A stretch of 64,000 nt of DNA from positions 4,759,319-4,823,318 of the forward strand of contig CM082594.2 in the NCBI GenBank assembly GCA_040954595.2, given 5' to 3'. This document shows positions 39,251-54,200 of this stretch, in pieces. The notes beneath the pieces are model-generated. The model searched no databases. It saw only the letters and a program-made list of their open reading frames with translations, and was not told the origin of the DNA. Numbering within the stretch: the first letter of the stretch is position 1; each line of letters begins with the position of its first letter. Both the position numbers and the translations under genes were made by a program. The stretch is from Balanoglossus misakiensis. Lineage: Eukaryota; Animalia; Hemichordata.

Positions 39251-42200
39251 ATCACCTCAATATTTTTTTAATAATCTTGAACGTAAGTTTTTTGTGATTA
39301 TGTTTAGTGTTTTCATGTCGTTTGAGAGCTGAAGGTCTTGTGGTGTTAGTGTGTGCATTGATTGAGTTGAGCAAACTTTGAATGTGAAGCAAGGGTCATT
39401 TTTGCTCATCCTGTTTAATTTATGGCGGAGAAGTTCAGTGATTCTGTCGCCGAGAAATGTATAAAAATTAGCAGTAAACGTTATATGATTAACTCCTGGC
39501 TGATTGTGGCGGGGGTAAAATTTTGATCGGAAAAAAAGTTGTAAGTGAAAGAAGAAAAAAGTAGGAACAGCAGTTCAGAAAAGATGTTCATAAAGTTGCA
39601 AATCTGTAATATGCTTTTCCGAGCACCGCGATCTCGCTCTGTAGCCAGCCATCTTTGGAAGATACTTCTGCGGTGACGGTGTGGTCGCGGATAATCTTCC
39701 CAATCTCCCAGCATATGTTATTGGCATATTCCAAATGTTCAGAAATCGGCCCTGGTTGTCTAGTGATTTTCCCGATGCGCCCAGACTATAAATCTGCCCT
39801 TTTTGCCTATTATACACTGACACTATCATTTAATCTCATCATGGAGAGAGAAAAAACGTTGCTTTCTGCACCACGTGTGGTGTCAGTGGAGAAAACAGTC
39901 ATAAATTTCTGCAGCCATAGTTTGACGTCAGATCAAATTTTGCTGATAAAATACAAAAAATATGGTTCTTGCGTGTTGTTCTAGAATTTTGTTCATTCCT
40001 TTTGAGTGATACGGTTTAACATGCCTGTCATCGAGCCCTTATCTCTGATTTTTGAAAAGAGATAGTGCAGGTTTGACAGTGATCGCCTCAAAACTGTCTT
40101 GTATACTATATATGAAAAATGCCATTCTCAATACCTGTTTTCGTTTTAGGCAACAAAAATGAAAAAAAATCCAAATTTTCGCTAATTATTGTTTTGACTA
40201 TATATTTTTCATGGATGAAGTTTGCTCATTTGGGAATATTTCAATGAATTGTTTGGGAGAACAAAACAACAATGATTTGCTGAGGATGCCTTTGAAAACT
40301 GTTTAAAGGGATTTTTACTGTTAAATACACTCGTACTTTGTGACCAAAAAGGAGGCTTGTCTGCACACAATGCGGGTCTCAATCTGGTTTAAAAGGACTG
40401 TTTCAGCTTTGCGATGTTCCTTTTTTTCCTGGGCATTCATGAAATGGTAACTGTTGATCCCCTCGGAGCTAAGAAGGCTCTATGCAGCAATCAGCACACA
40501 AGTCCCTGTTATCTATTCAGATGGCTAGGCGAACATTGACTGACACGGCAGCCCCAACCATGCCTTGAAGCGCTGCGTGTTTCACAAAAAAAAACCTTTG
40601 CTTTCAAAGGGGTATACGGCCATTGAGTGAATGGATCTGTTTAGGTATAGACAGGCAGAGCTATCTCGCGTAATACCCACTCTAATTGAAGTTGCGGAGA
40701 CGAGGCAACATGAACACATACACACGCACACACAAAAAAGCCTGAATGGATGATGATGGGCACCTAATGCGTTTTATTGTTGCTAAATGTTTTGTTATTT
40801 TCGCTGAAATTTCTGTCATAATAACATAAATTGACACGGGCGATTTCGAATCTAGAGATTGACTCGGGGTTTTTTTTGAGAGCGAGATGAGAGAAAATGA
40901 CAGCGGTTAGTGTCTCTTTCAGCGATAAAATGTGATTTATTTTGGAAATCTGTTTATTGGACTGCATCAGTCATACATTGTTGGGCGGCATAATGGGCAT
41001 CTTTCAGAAAACATGATTTTGACAATATGGTTTTGATGTTATTGTGTTTTGCCTTGTGAGACGGTTGAATGGTGGCTTCGTTAGCGTAATAAAGGCCGAT
41101 AAATAGGTATTAAGTCTGAGCCAACAATGAACGCCCAGATTAGTCGCAATTAAAGTAACATGAAATATGGTCCCCCATTACACATCGGTGTAATCTTCCA
41201 CTCCCAGTCAGATGCGGGGAAAATTGAATGATCTGCCAAGTACACTCACCCGGGCCACTCGCTCACGCACACACACACACACAACACAAAAACAAGAGTC
41301 GTACAGATCCTGCATGAGTGATTGTCGGCCGGTTCTTTTTTTTTCCCGCCAGAAAAAAAAATTGACGAGAGATCGATTGCTTACTCTGTGTAATTTAACG
41401 GGGATCGCCCGGCTGAGGCTTCTAGTCGTCTCACCTGTTGGTTCGTGGATAGTCGCCACTCTCATTGCACCATCCCTTAAGCGGGTCCGCAGACTCTCGA
41501 ATCAAACATATAAACCGTATTTCACAGTGTAGTATTTTTACCCGCAAATCGACAGTACATTTGATGTAGTTTTACGACAAACTCGCCTATATTTAGTGTC
41601 TTAGACGAGAAACCGATTTGACAAACAGACACTTTTTTTTCATCGGCCCGTCAACACTGAGGAGAAGGACGGTCGTGATCAGTATGATGGATGGATTATT
41701 CTACCCATTGCAAAGCTCGTAATGAGCCCGGGATTATTTATGGATAGCAAGTATTAATGCAAACTTCATCTATCAAAGATTTTTAAAATGCCGTATCGGG
41801 AGTAAATCTGGTTTCCATGGCAGTCAGATGATGGCTTTGATAAAGAGCATTACTCTCCTCTGTGGGGCAGAAATGCTGACATTTAACTTCCCCCGGACGA
41901 ACAGAAATTGAACCGGCGGTTCAAATTTCAAAAAATATGAGAAAACTGGACAGTTAGGTAAACATTTGAAAAGATTTATTTTGAAAGATTGGTTCTATTC
42001 ACAAGTTATAATTTGTTCTCACCAAATAGGAAGTGAGATAGTTTCTTCTCTCTGAAGCGCGGACATGAAGGGTTGGATTAAAAGAGGGTCCTACACTCAA
42101 AGCTTAAAGCATTATTTTTAATCACATTTCTACATTTCTGATTAGTTGATATGCGTCACCGTCAACTTAGGATGACTGTACAGTTTTAAAAGTAAAATGC

Positions 42201-45200
42201 CTGCATTAATTTGTGTTTATCTGTTTGGTGTATCTGCTGCTGGGTTGTTCCATTCTGCGATTTTTTGTCGCGCTGGTTTTTGTTTCCAAAGAGCACTGCG
42301 CATCCCGAGAGATCTGTTTTCTGCCTTCCAGCTTGCATAAGTCATTTTCCTTTAGCTTCCATCAAAGCAGTCTTTAACTTCTTCAGAAATGAGTTCTCGA
42401 GATTTCCAGCTGTGCTTGATGATTGGAAACTTCTTCTGCTGGGTTTTTTTTTCTCTCTTTGCCCCCGAAGAAGCAAACTTTTTTTTTTGTCGTTCTTAGT
42501 TGCGAGTCGAGGCTGAGGCCTGATTCGAAACGAGTCATCTGAAAAATGGAGGGAAAAACGTGAACGTTTTACGGCTGAGTACTCTGCAGTCGATGTTTCT
42601 GCGTTTGCCGGGGTATAATTCCAGCCTAGCAACTATTGTTCTGGTCGCAGCGGGCTACGCTTGATTGACTACGATTTAAATGGCCGCTTGAAAGTTCCCT
42701 GATGGAAAATGCGCATGGCTGGCGGGGGGAGAGATTGGCTGAGACTGAGTGTGGGGAGGGGAGGGGGGGGGGAGAGCTCCCTCGCAGCCAATGTGCCGAC
42801 CACCTCCAGCTTCTGCTAAGTGGTGGGTTAAACAGGGATGCCGTCGAGACGAAAATTGGGGGGAGGGAAATCAATGTCAAATGCGAGCAATAGTGAGGGC
42901 ATTATTGCTTTCTGTTCGTTCATTGAACGTAACGATCAAAATCTCGTGTGAGTTGAATTGCGTGTTCAGTACTTTAGCTGTTTGTCGAAAAAAAATTCAT
43001 ATCAGCAAGGGTTGATTTTATCAATCCCAAGTTCAAGTTTAAAATGATAGACCTTTTTCTGTAGAGACTTGCAACCAGTTGACGACGAAAATACAGTTTG
43101 AAAAATCGCTATGCAGATAATATTGTGGTCAGTAAGATGGGTGCGACATTTATAATCAGCTAGTAATATTATTTGGCAAATACGTTTGTTTTGATAACAT
43201 TAGTGAATGGGTTGTTTGACGTCAATGGCTATTTCGATCCGGACGGTATCTTATGAACGATGAATCAACACTGGGAATAGCCAGGTGCTAAAATTCCTTA
43301 AATAGGTATTTTTTTTAGATACGATCACCTCCCCCTATTAAGTAGCCCCACCCACTGCTGGTCCAGAGATGCTGTTCCCAAGGTGTGAAGAATTATTTTA
43401 AAAGTTCACATTTTTTCGCAATCAGAAATATCAAACAGACCTTCGACAGTTTTTCTTTTTATTCCTGGCGAGTGTCGACCGTCGGCACAGATGGAGACGA
43501 AAATTTCCAATTTTTCCGCTTGGCAACCCATGTGAGACCCAGTTAAGTTTTCCATTTTTCATGGTGACTGAGTTTCTTTTTAATTTTAAAGAAGTGGAAA
43601 AATTGTGGGATTTTCCTTGATTCACAATAAATAATGGAAACCACAAGTGGGAATAAAAACTGCTCAATGGGGAATTTTTTTTCAAATCGCCATTGAGATG
43701 GAATTTAGCAGACTGTGTACCAAGCCATGCACATCAAATTTAGATGAAACATAGCATATTTTTATAAACATTTTCTTTCTGTGTGCATTCATTTCTTTGC
43801 TTAACCATTCAAATAGGTGAAATTTTTCTGAAATTCAGTAATATGATCTGAAAAAAATCTTTTGTCATTTTCATTAAAGAGCTCAAACTTAGTTCTGAAT
43901 TTCACTTTGTGAAAAATAAAATGGAATGTTTTGCAATTTATACCAGCATTTCCACAAGCAATATAATTGTTAAATCACCACAAACTTGTGATACAGAATT
44001 TATATATACAGTGTCAAAAATTGTGGTGTCGTATGAAAACTGACATATTGAAGGCCACAGGGGCAGTTTATTTGAGAACAAATTGATGTCCGTGATAAAC
44101 TTTTCAACGGAAACCAAGTTCACTACCTGACACTGTACATCAATATTAATAACAACTTTTGCAAGAACACAGGATTGATAACGGTGCCTTGAAGATATAG
44201 TTCTACAAAAAAAAAAAAAGATACCCTTAATCTAGTGATGGCATTAAAGCCTATTTTGTCCATCCAGCGATTAAATTCTGATGAAGCTGTGTTTTGTTTG
44301 AAATTGTCTCTCTCTAATTCTCTTCTTCTGCAAGGAATGGCTGTGGGAGTCTGACTTTAGATTTTCAGGTGTCAGGAATCTCGAAGGTAGACAAGGGCGA
44401 TTCGGGGGTCTGTCTTGGAAATAGGGATTGCGAAATTACATGGGAGCCACTTAAATTGGCACAGTAATCATTTATCCTATAGAGTGAAACTCAATCCAGT
44501 GGTATTTGATGCACTATATAGGTATTAAAGTAGCAATATGACCCTGCCCCAAAAAACAGAGTAATAGGCAGTCCATTTAGAGAATGTTCGCTCTTTGATA
44601 AAAAAATATTACAAAGGATTAACGCAAGAGCTAACAAGGGCTAATAAGGTAATCTGTCTTGGATGAGAGATTTGCAGAGTGGTCATATTTTGATAATGAA
44701 CTCAAATTGACTTTTTTTTATCTTTGATAGCGCTGAAGCACTTTTTATGTAACTTCACAGAAAATCGTTCTCAGTTGTACAGCTGTTTATTTGCATTGTG
44801 TAAAGTTTGTCGTAATGTTTTTGCTGAAAAGATGTGGGGTAATATAGTGTTTGTCTGTGTGTTAGCGCGCACCGTGGTTTTCTCATAGTCGTAAGCTAAT
44901 TTGCATGTCAATCAGATACGCCAGTAATCTTATTTAATTAGTTCGCCCTTGTGCCTGGTGACCCATAGAGCGGTGGCTCGGCCTATTTTTATGTAAATCG
45001 GAAATTTGGACGAGGAAACGAACTTGCCCTTGAAAGGGCGAATGCCCTCGCTGAAGTTTCACTCACTTCCGAAGAAGTGAATTTCTGATTTTGATTGTTG
45101 GTATTTATAGATGCTTTTACAGAGAGTAGAACTTCTATCTGTACAAAGCCATGCAGTTACGTGTACATCCCACATAGCTTTGCTCATCGCGTCCGCTGAA

Positions 45201-45797
45201 AACTTAAATGGTACCAGTACGTGAAACCCTCATTCACAGGATCTTCCAAATCTGGGATTAAACGGTTTCAGTGACCGTGCCAGCCCTCACGACACATTGA
45301 TTAGTACACGTGAAATTGCCATGGTTACAAGCGACGCGATCTTGATGACATTGGCACCGAAGAAATGAGCCTTTAATTTCTGCGGGCTTTGATGTTCCGT
45401 CTCAATTAGGCGTCATTATATCGGGGGGAAAAACAAGTCAAATAGAGGTTCAAATACGTAACATAATAAAGAGAAAAATATGACCAGTGTGTATTTTCAT
45501 AGCAAGTTAGCAATTTCAGTCTTTGCATAATAAGTTGATCAACTCAATTTTGTGCGTTGACATTGAAAATCATCTGTATATTGAAACTTGTACACAGAAA
45601 ATGAAGAATTTCAATTTTGGTGCCAAGTGTCTGTTAAGTTTCCAAATACCAGAAGAATATATGCTGGCTACTATCGACAAAAAACAGACGCAACGCAACA
45701 GTTGCATCAGCTTTTTAAAACTGCCTAAGTGGTATAAAGCTGTGATGGGAACATTTCATTGAACAGCCACATGTTGGCATCTTTTCTTATCTTTCAG

Positions 45798-45866
45798 AAG
45801 TGCCTACATGCGTCAACTTCGGACGACCAGCTGAAGCGTACGGCTTACATAACAGTGCCCCAGATG
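45798..45866 (+). CDS. ETV1: PEA3 coding exon 7: EVPTCVNFGRPAEAYGLHNSAPD
   Basis: cttttcttatctttcag| acceptor, |gtaaga donor; 69 nt, phase 1/1; EVPxC as in vertebrate EVPSC. Confidence 0.85.
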
Positions 45867-48800
45867 GTAAGAATCCAGTGATGAATTTTTAAAAACAGTT
45901 TGGGAAAAATGGCTGTCTTAGTTACGATAGTTACATTCTTAGTTGTATCGTTACATTCTTAGTTGAGAGATATATTCTCAAATTCAGATATTCAGAATGT
46001 GAAATTGGTTTTCTCCAAATCCAGCAAAGAGGTTATAATGGCTGTTTTTTCGTTGGTTTTATAAGTTCATCCATGTCACTTTAGTTTGTGCCTATTGGGA
46101 TATAAATGATGTTGCCATGGGAATACCCGGTGTTTGACCGTTGCTAGGTTGCATTTCGAATTCTGGTTGAAGGTTGCATTTCAAGTTCTAGTTGAAAGTG
46201 ATCTAGAAACGTCAGCTCAGTGCCTCTGTGGTCTTACTGTAGCAGGAACGTGGCAGTATCAAAATTGATAAGTCCGTAACAATTACTTTGTTTAAATGAC
46301 ACTTTTGTGCGTTATTAGAAATCGTGAAAAGTGCCCTGGAAAAGAAAGAAAGGTTTTCGTTTCGTGAATGAAGAGGCGTTTGAGAGGAATTGTCAAGAAG
46401 AATGTGTTTTGCACAAGTGGGTGCTTATTGGAAGTGTTTTACGTGGGTGTATAGTATTCATTTGGCAGAACGTGAATCCCGTTGAGTTGTCAAATCCGTA
46501 AATAAGTGTGTTCGCCTGCGTGGAGAGTAATTTGTTTGGCGTTACACGCATTGTGGTGTACGTGTGAAGGAGGTGGGGAAGACGTTCTCGGGGAGTGTGA
46601 AGATGACTCGCTTGGCCTGTGAAGATGCTGTCCGTTGTTTGTGGTGTTGATCTTCGAGGTGTGGGAGCTTAGGTTCTTATTGGTTATGAAGTACCTCCCC
46701 CCTCCCCTCCATCCTTGAGCAAGGAAAATACACATCAACGTGACTTCCCCATCACATGAGAAATATTTCTTCAAATATGAATGATGATTGTGTGTACGCC
46801 GATCGCTGCACAAATAGATGTGGAAATTTACAGGTGTCCTTATACTTGTGTAGAAGCTGCTGTTTTTTCTTTAAAAGGCGGCGTGATGGAAAGTGCAAGC
46901 ATTTATGGAAACGCTGTCAGCGCCGCGCTAATTGCAGACATTGTCCCTGACTGCAGTAAATGCATCAGTCAATCCCTCCCTTAAATGAAAACACAAATTT
47001 AGTGTTTGATTTCTTGAAAGCCCCGGTGTCGTACGCTCAACTGCAGAGGCTGTCGGCTCTCTTTCACTATCTCGCTCCTCACTCACAACTTTAATGAGTG
47101 TATAAATTTTTGATTGGAGGGAGTCGAGAGTTGGCAATTGTGGCAATTTCTGTAGAGCCCGTAAGTATACACGGCGGTTCCACCCCCAACCCCCCCCCCC
47201 CCCCCACCCTCCCTCCCTCCACCAATCTTTCAGTTGTGCGTCGACCGAGACGAGTTGAGCAGAGTTCAAGCGTAGGAAACTTGAACGACGCGGAACGCAC
47301 GACGGCTAATTCGATCCGTGCCTTTCTCCGAGCTAATGTGATTTTGATGACAGTTCGATTTTGTCATTCATTTTCTCATTATAGAAGGCTTAACCCCCTC
47401 TTACACTGTTGTCATGTGGTGAATACCCTGTGCTTTTTTTGAAGTGCTGCTGTTCAAGGAGTGGGACTGAATCTGTTGAGTTGACTGTGAAAAAATCAAT
47501 TTTTTAACCAATAGTTGCTAAAGAACAGATTAATTTTGTTTTCATGGAATGAAAAACTTATTTTATTTCAATCTATTTTATTTTCAAGTTAATACTTTGC
47601 AGTTTTATTCTCTTTAGTTTGTCTTGTACATTTTGATGTACAGGCTTCAACACCTGTTGAATGGCATATGTGAATGTCAGTTTATAGACGTCAAGACGTT
47701 TGTTTTGTGAGAAAAAATATGTGTCATTGAGAAGCGGCTAAAGTAGAGTATTGACGGAATTCATGAAATTTATACAACTTAACCCCTGTAATCACTAACA
47801 GCTCTGACACTGAAACCGGCCCAGAAATGTGAAATTTTACTGGGTTACCTGTAAATAATTTGAACGAAATACTGTTGGGGGAAATATAAGTGCGAGATAC
47901 ATGGAGTGTATTTATCAGTCTGCCAGAATATTTTATGCCGGGATTTAAGTCTTAAAAGATAGCGTAGATTTTCCATGCAAGATTGAACAGAAGTGACACG
48001 GGTTTGGAAAATTATAGGTGGGAAAATGGCCATTTACATCAACGAGATATGTTGGCAACAGGGAACGCAGGCATAGTACATGTAATACTAAGTATTTTTG
48101 TTACAGAAAAACCAGCAAATTTAAACAAGATCCCCCAGTTGTGTTACTGGGATTTTTCATCTGTGTAGTCTTATTTAGGGAATAACTAAAATATTACCAG
48201 GGTTTCGTAACTCTTGTTGCCCAACCTTAGCTAGAAACGTATATTTAATTAAAAATCAGTACTCAACAATGCAACCTGTCGTACAGAGGCTTTGGAATTC
48301 CATATTACTTTATGATGAGCAAACTGACAAACCACTACACAGCTGGCTTTTGAGTAATCCAGTCCGTCTACCTGGCCAAACAACAGACATAAACATGGGA
48401 AAAAAATAAACTCAGCATATTGTGAAATTATGTATTCACAAAAATCATGCCGTAAATGACTCAGTACTGGGTTCATGGCGAAAGTAAATATTAAGTAAAC
48501 ATTTAGAATAAAGTTGTATTATAGTGTATATTTTAACCTGTAACACTAAACGATTTTCACAGCTTCTTACACACAAAGTGTAGTTCCGGGATAGGATCTG
48601 ATACATGATGTGTCACAAGTTAAAAGCAAGGTTTGTTAAAAAAAACATAGATATTTGATAGAAAATTTGAAGGAAAAATATCTTGAGCTATTGATAAATT
48701 TAATTTACGATTTTTTTTCTGGACATGGTGAAATGTGCCAACAGGCTCCTATTAGTGTAGTTAATTTTTCGTTTCCTAGGATTATTTTTACAAAAACTGC

Positions 48801-50586
48801 AGTGGATTATCATTGTTAGTTTAATCCAGGTGGTAATTTTCTGTTGTTTATTATAAGTTACACAACAGGGACAGTAGCTGTTGTTTTTAAAATTAAAATA
48901 ACTTTGTAGCGTTGTATAACTGGGTTTGTTGGTTTTCTGTGGGTGGATGTTAAAGCTTATAAGTGTTCTGGGGTCGTGAGCACTTTTATTGAATTTTAGT
49001 TCAGATTTTAAATTATTAATAAGATATTGACAGAGCATGTAAGTTCAGAATGTATGTTGTGGGGAACGGTAAAAAAGCTGTAGTCAATGCCTGAACAAGA
49101 AATATTGAATTTTTTTTTCAACAAGTTAATGATTTTAAGTCGGTTAATTTTGAAATATGGAATCTTCATCATCTATGTTTGTATCTGATATTTGATTTAG
49201 TGCTGGGAGTGTCCTTATCTGGTCAGGTGTTGACGTTTTCAGAAACAACAAAAGAGTTGTGACGGTTGCTCAATTATTTCCAGGGCTGTCGTGTATTCGG
49301 TGGAAGGCAGCTTGGCTGGTTGTCTCTCTGCGATGCATCGGATGATTGATTGACAGGGGTAGAGCCCAGCTTGAGCGAAAGGCAAGCGGCTGGTCGATAC
49401 ACTCCCAGTTGTCACTCCAGCTTTTAAAAATAGCATGCAGCAAACCAGCGAACAAAAAAGTCTAGAAACAGTTATCCGAGAAAGAACTTTCCCACAGCAA
49501 CTAATTCGACTTTGCGAGGCGGTTGCCAGGCAACAAACAGTGGCTGTAACCCTACTGGGATGAAGATGACAGCCCCCAAGTGACTTGGCGGAGTCCCATT
49601 AAACCGAGGTGTTTTTTCGTGTTTACTTTTTTTGAAAGGCGAAAGGGGGGCTCTGCCTGACATTTATGGAAATTCCTCCCCGGGACAAACCCATCTCGTT
49701 GAACCGAACCTCAGAGTCCGCCGTAACCATGGCAATAGAACAGACACCGGTGCTATTTCCTCTCGCCAGCGCTTGGTTTTCAATTGGCGTGGTGGATGTG
49801 ATGTGAACGCAACATGTTGTGATGAATTCAGTGGATGTGTGTCCATGGGCAAACTGACGACTGCTGTTTGCAAACCGAGTTACGGGATGAGAAGCACTCA
49901 CTTGTGTGTGATCAATATAAAAAAAAATTACACTCCAGCGAGTTTGCCTGGCTTCTTTGTTGTTGATAATCGCACTCCGCTCAAACTGATACAAAAGTGA
50001 TGTTAGGAAATTGTCGAAGTTTCCGACCAAATAACTCTTTTTGTAATGAATAAAAAGGGCATTTTCTGTGTTTTTCAAACACCCTTATAAGAAAAAGCTG
50101 CCTTCTGTGCTTGGAACTGAACTGTGCATCATACCGTTGTATAGAAATTGAATTATCAATACTGTTGTCCCAGGGATTAAAATCACACGAATTGTTCTTG
50201 TTATTGTGTAATGTGTCACCGTGGACAGCATCAAGACTTCAAGGGTATTTTTGATTGAAGTTTACATAGAAAAATAGTCTCCCGTAAGGACAAGCTTGTG
50301 CATAGGAAAGCTGAGGGGTGTTCAAGTTTATTTTATTCAAAAAATGTCGTCGTGAAACCCCTCCCCCAGAGCGATGTGTATTTTTTTCTCTGGTGGAGAA
50401 TCATTAGCAAAATATTCTGTACTGATCACGATTTATCAATTTTTGTCAATTTTAAAATGAGAGTGGATCATTTACCTCAGGCTTTTTTCTGATATTTCTA
50501 CTACTTTCAGGGCTAATTACTAATCTCTGAGTTGGTAATCTCGGCTCAAAAATCATATATCTATATTTTTTTTCTTGTATTCTTAG

Positions 50587-50655
50587 GTCATCTGTATGAA
50601 GCCAATATGCGATCATTTTACGATGATGCGAATGTTCCTGAGAAATTCTCAGAAG
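50587..50655 (+). CDS. ETV1: PEA3 coding exon 8: GHLYEANMRSFYDDANVPEKFSE
   Basis: Matches vertebrate RQFYDDTCVVPEKF; 69 nt; ttag| and |gtaagg. Confidence 0.92.
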
Positions 50656-50695
50656 GTAAGGATCACTTTTTGGTTTTACTCTATGTAATTTTTTT

Positions 50696-51204
50696 CACTC
50701 TGCTGTCCGTCCGTCTGTATGGGTGTCCATCCTTCTATAGCCGTTTCTCAGATATGCCTGGACCAGCTTCTTTCAAACTTGGTTGTAAGGACAGTGCATC
50801 ATGGTGTACTACATATGCGTGTCAATTTGTGTTGCTATGCAATCCAATATGGCCGACCGTCCATTTTTCCACCCATCCACTTCACAAAACTCAGGAAGCT
50901 TGCGACACTGAAACATGTGTTCTTGGGGTTGTGTTACTGCCGAGGACCAAGTCTGTGGTTTCTGGGTATAGGTGTGTGTTTGTGTTCTGGGATGTGAGAG
51001 TTGACATTTTTAGCCACTTAAGCTACCGGTGAAATTATGGAGCGAGTCGGTTACCACGACTGCCTAGCTGCCGGTCGAAATGCAAGGGTCTGGCACCAGA
51101 AATCTGATACCTGGATAGGCACTGTCATTTTAGAAATAATTAAACATTAGCCCAGAAAAAAAACGCAACCAAAAAGGGATACGCATCAGCAGTGATGCGT
51201 TTGT
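50696..51204 (+). mobile_element. HINE/Helentron-like relic (may be composite)
   Basis: GTCC microsatellite at the 5' end, 'tttctcaga..ttcaaacttggt' core, and a perfect 3' stem-loop ACGCATCA-gcag-TGATGCGT (51181-51200). Confidence 0.4.
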
Positions 51205-54200
51205 CAAATCGTTTTAGTCTCTGACTGGTGGCTGACTGGATAATATCTGGAACAATTAAATATAGTAAAAAAGTAACTGTGAGTAACTTCAACGTAGCAG
51301 GCAAGGAAATAATTGGATAGAATGAATGGAAAAGAATGCAACAATTGTTTGAAAAGTAAAAGGATTGTTTTACAGCAAGTCAGTTTTATGATAAAGCTGA
51401 TAAAATGCGAGTAGGAGTGACTGAAACTGAAGACGCTCTTTGCGTCGCGACTCCGAAGTCGTGCCTGGGCAAATTTGTAAAAGACAGTTGAATGCCATAT
51501 TTTGGAAAAGATTAAGTAATATTTTGGGTGTAATAGAGCTTGGTGATTCGGGGTATTTCACGTGAAACGGGATACTCGACCGCCATGACGTTAGAGTATT
51601 GAGAATGATCGGATTCACCTCGCAGGCAGTCATTAGCGAGTGCGTGGACTCGCAGAGAAGAGATTCTCAAAGTGAACTGAACAGGCTCTCATTAAACTGT
51701 AAATCACTGGGAAAGGGGGCCCGAACAAGCCAGGTTCAGAGAGTTTAACGACGGCGATGAACTCGTTATGCAAACGAGGACCGTCACACTACAGACAGAC
51801 ACTACAGATAGACAGACGGAGCAGACGTCTCAGGTTCCCCCATAGGACGTAGTTAGCGCGGGGGAGAAAACGGCACAAATGGCAACGCGAAGTGATAAGC
51901 GACATAGTATTTTTTTCGTGAGACTATCAACAGGCACCGATTTGAATAGAGTTTTTCAAAACCTCGCTCATTAGCGTGCTTCGACACACCTGTTCCCAGT
52001 GTCCCTGTCTGTCGACGGCCATCGCATTTTGACATCATTACTATTGTTCGCCGCCCTGGGTTTCCATGGCGACGCGAGTTGCGGGACATGGCATTTTTTT
52101 TTCTCCCCGCTGCAATTTGATCTTGGAGGTACATGTGTGAGCTCCCCTGCGCTTGTTGACAAGAGCGATGTTGACTCCGATTGCACAGTTGATATTTGAG
52201 TTTGCTGCCAGAAATTGGATGCCCCCATTCAAGACTCAGATGGTTATCACAAAACCACGGTTTCAGGCCAAAAAAAAATCATCTCCCCCAAAAGAAGTAC
52301 ATGTCACATTGAAAACTTTGGATCATGAATCAAGATCTTCATTCTTGTTTACAAAATAACGCCACAGTCCCTGATTTTTAGCCGCGAGGAACAAGAGAAT
52401 ATTTTCTTCAGTTTCGTTTTTCCTAAACTTAATACTCTTCATAAGTATGAACTTGGTTGCACTTTTTAGAAGGTGCGTGTTTTCAATAATTCACTACAAT
52501 GTTTCCAAGGTTATTTTGCTGTGAAAGTTTTAATAATTGATCTTAAAAAATACGCTCACTGCAGCCAAGACTAGATCAACAGAGATGCAAAAATTTAACT
52601 TATGAAATGGGCTTATTGATGAAATCAGCCAGTTTTTTTATGCCTTGGATAATCTGTATGCCATATTAAGATTGGCAATCGTACTTGCAGAGTTCTAACT
52701 ACGTAATTTTCAGCTGGTCGTTAAATTTAGAAGTGTTTTGTTTTGTGTGTGTGGAGCATTTTGCCTTTGCTTCTGTACTTTTGAAATACTTGTATAATCT
52801 AGTCGGTCTTTATTTAAATACTGCTGCAATTCTGAACTGTCGCGAAGGGCTGTTTTGTGGCTCCCCTCATTCATAACACCAGCCTTCACATCAATCGTCC
52901 TCCAGAAACACAATCGCATTCTCCTTCCAGTCGCCGTGATCTCCGTCGATAAATCTATATTGCAGCGAGTTTTTTGCTGACCTGAAATATTAACCGCGTA
53001 TGTTTCCATGACGACCGGGGGACCAGCTGTAGTTAATTTATTTCGATTTTGACAGCGGTCTCGCCACCAGAGCGGCGAGCAACTTTAAACTAAAAGTAAT
53101 CAAGAACAAAAGATTTTAAGCCTGTGTCTGTCGATGAAAAATGATTTTTTTGTGGTGATCAAAATTCTAGAACGATAAAACACAGACAGCTTTGAACAGA
53201 TACTTTACTGATACTTTCAGCAACGGAGAGAAGTGAGTGAGTCTTTATCAGAGGATTATAAACTTTGCCATCTTTTGACATCATTTTGGTCCTTGCTCAC
53301 ATCAAAAGTTTTTTTATCCCAATTTTGCTAATGATAGTAACTGTGTAAGACATATACATGCTGTACTGTCTCTGTGATTAATAGTTGTGATTCCAGAGGC
53401 GAAATATGTGTAATATGATTTACACATGGCATTAAAGAATGCATACAAGCACAGAGGTCTGACTGTAGTTCAGTTCAAATGCAGACTGGAGCAAAGAAAT
53501 TTGTCGTTCGTACATCTTTGTGCATTTTTGTAACCAAAGCCAGATCCAAGATTTATCAAATCTGCATCAGTCAGCTGTCTGTTTGAATCTTATTTTTCTC
53601 TGCATAATTTGTGCACCGTTCAAAAGTAACAGTTTAAGCAAGAGTTTCGGCGGCATAATTGCTCATGACATTTGTTTGACCATCAACGCCACCTTGGCAA
53701 ATCTTACCGTTTGTCAAAACCTCCGTGGGCAAATAATTGCGGTGAAATTTTAATATAAATGGCACGTCGGCAGAATGGGAAAGAATATTTGCTGAGGAGG
53801 GAGAGAGTGTAGGATAGAATGCGAGATGATAGTCCGTCTAATGTCCATGCTAATGTGTTCACGGTTGTCGGTCCCTTCAGGCCTTGTTGACACTCGACAT
53901 AAACAGACAAATTTTTCGACGCGCTTATACCTCGGGAAAAGTTGTCCTTGAAGTGCGATTGAGTGCGTGTTTGGAGAGAAACGGTAAAATCAAGCAGCCA
54001 AAATCAAAATCTTGGCAGTGTCACAAATAAGGTGGTAATAGTCGCAGAACGTGAAGTGGTCTCCCTGAGTTATGATTATTGTCTGCCTCAGGCTCTAACA
54101 TTTTCAGATGAAAATTAAGTTGCCTCAAACAATAAAAAAGTATTAGGGAAAAAATCTGCAGAAATCAATTCAGTGTCACTAGAATGTGAAGAATTTTCAA

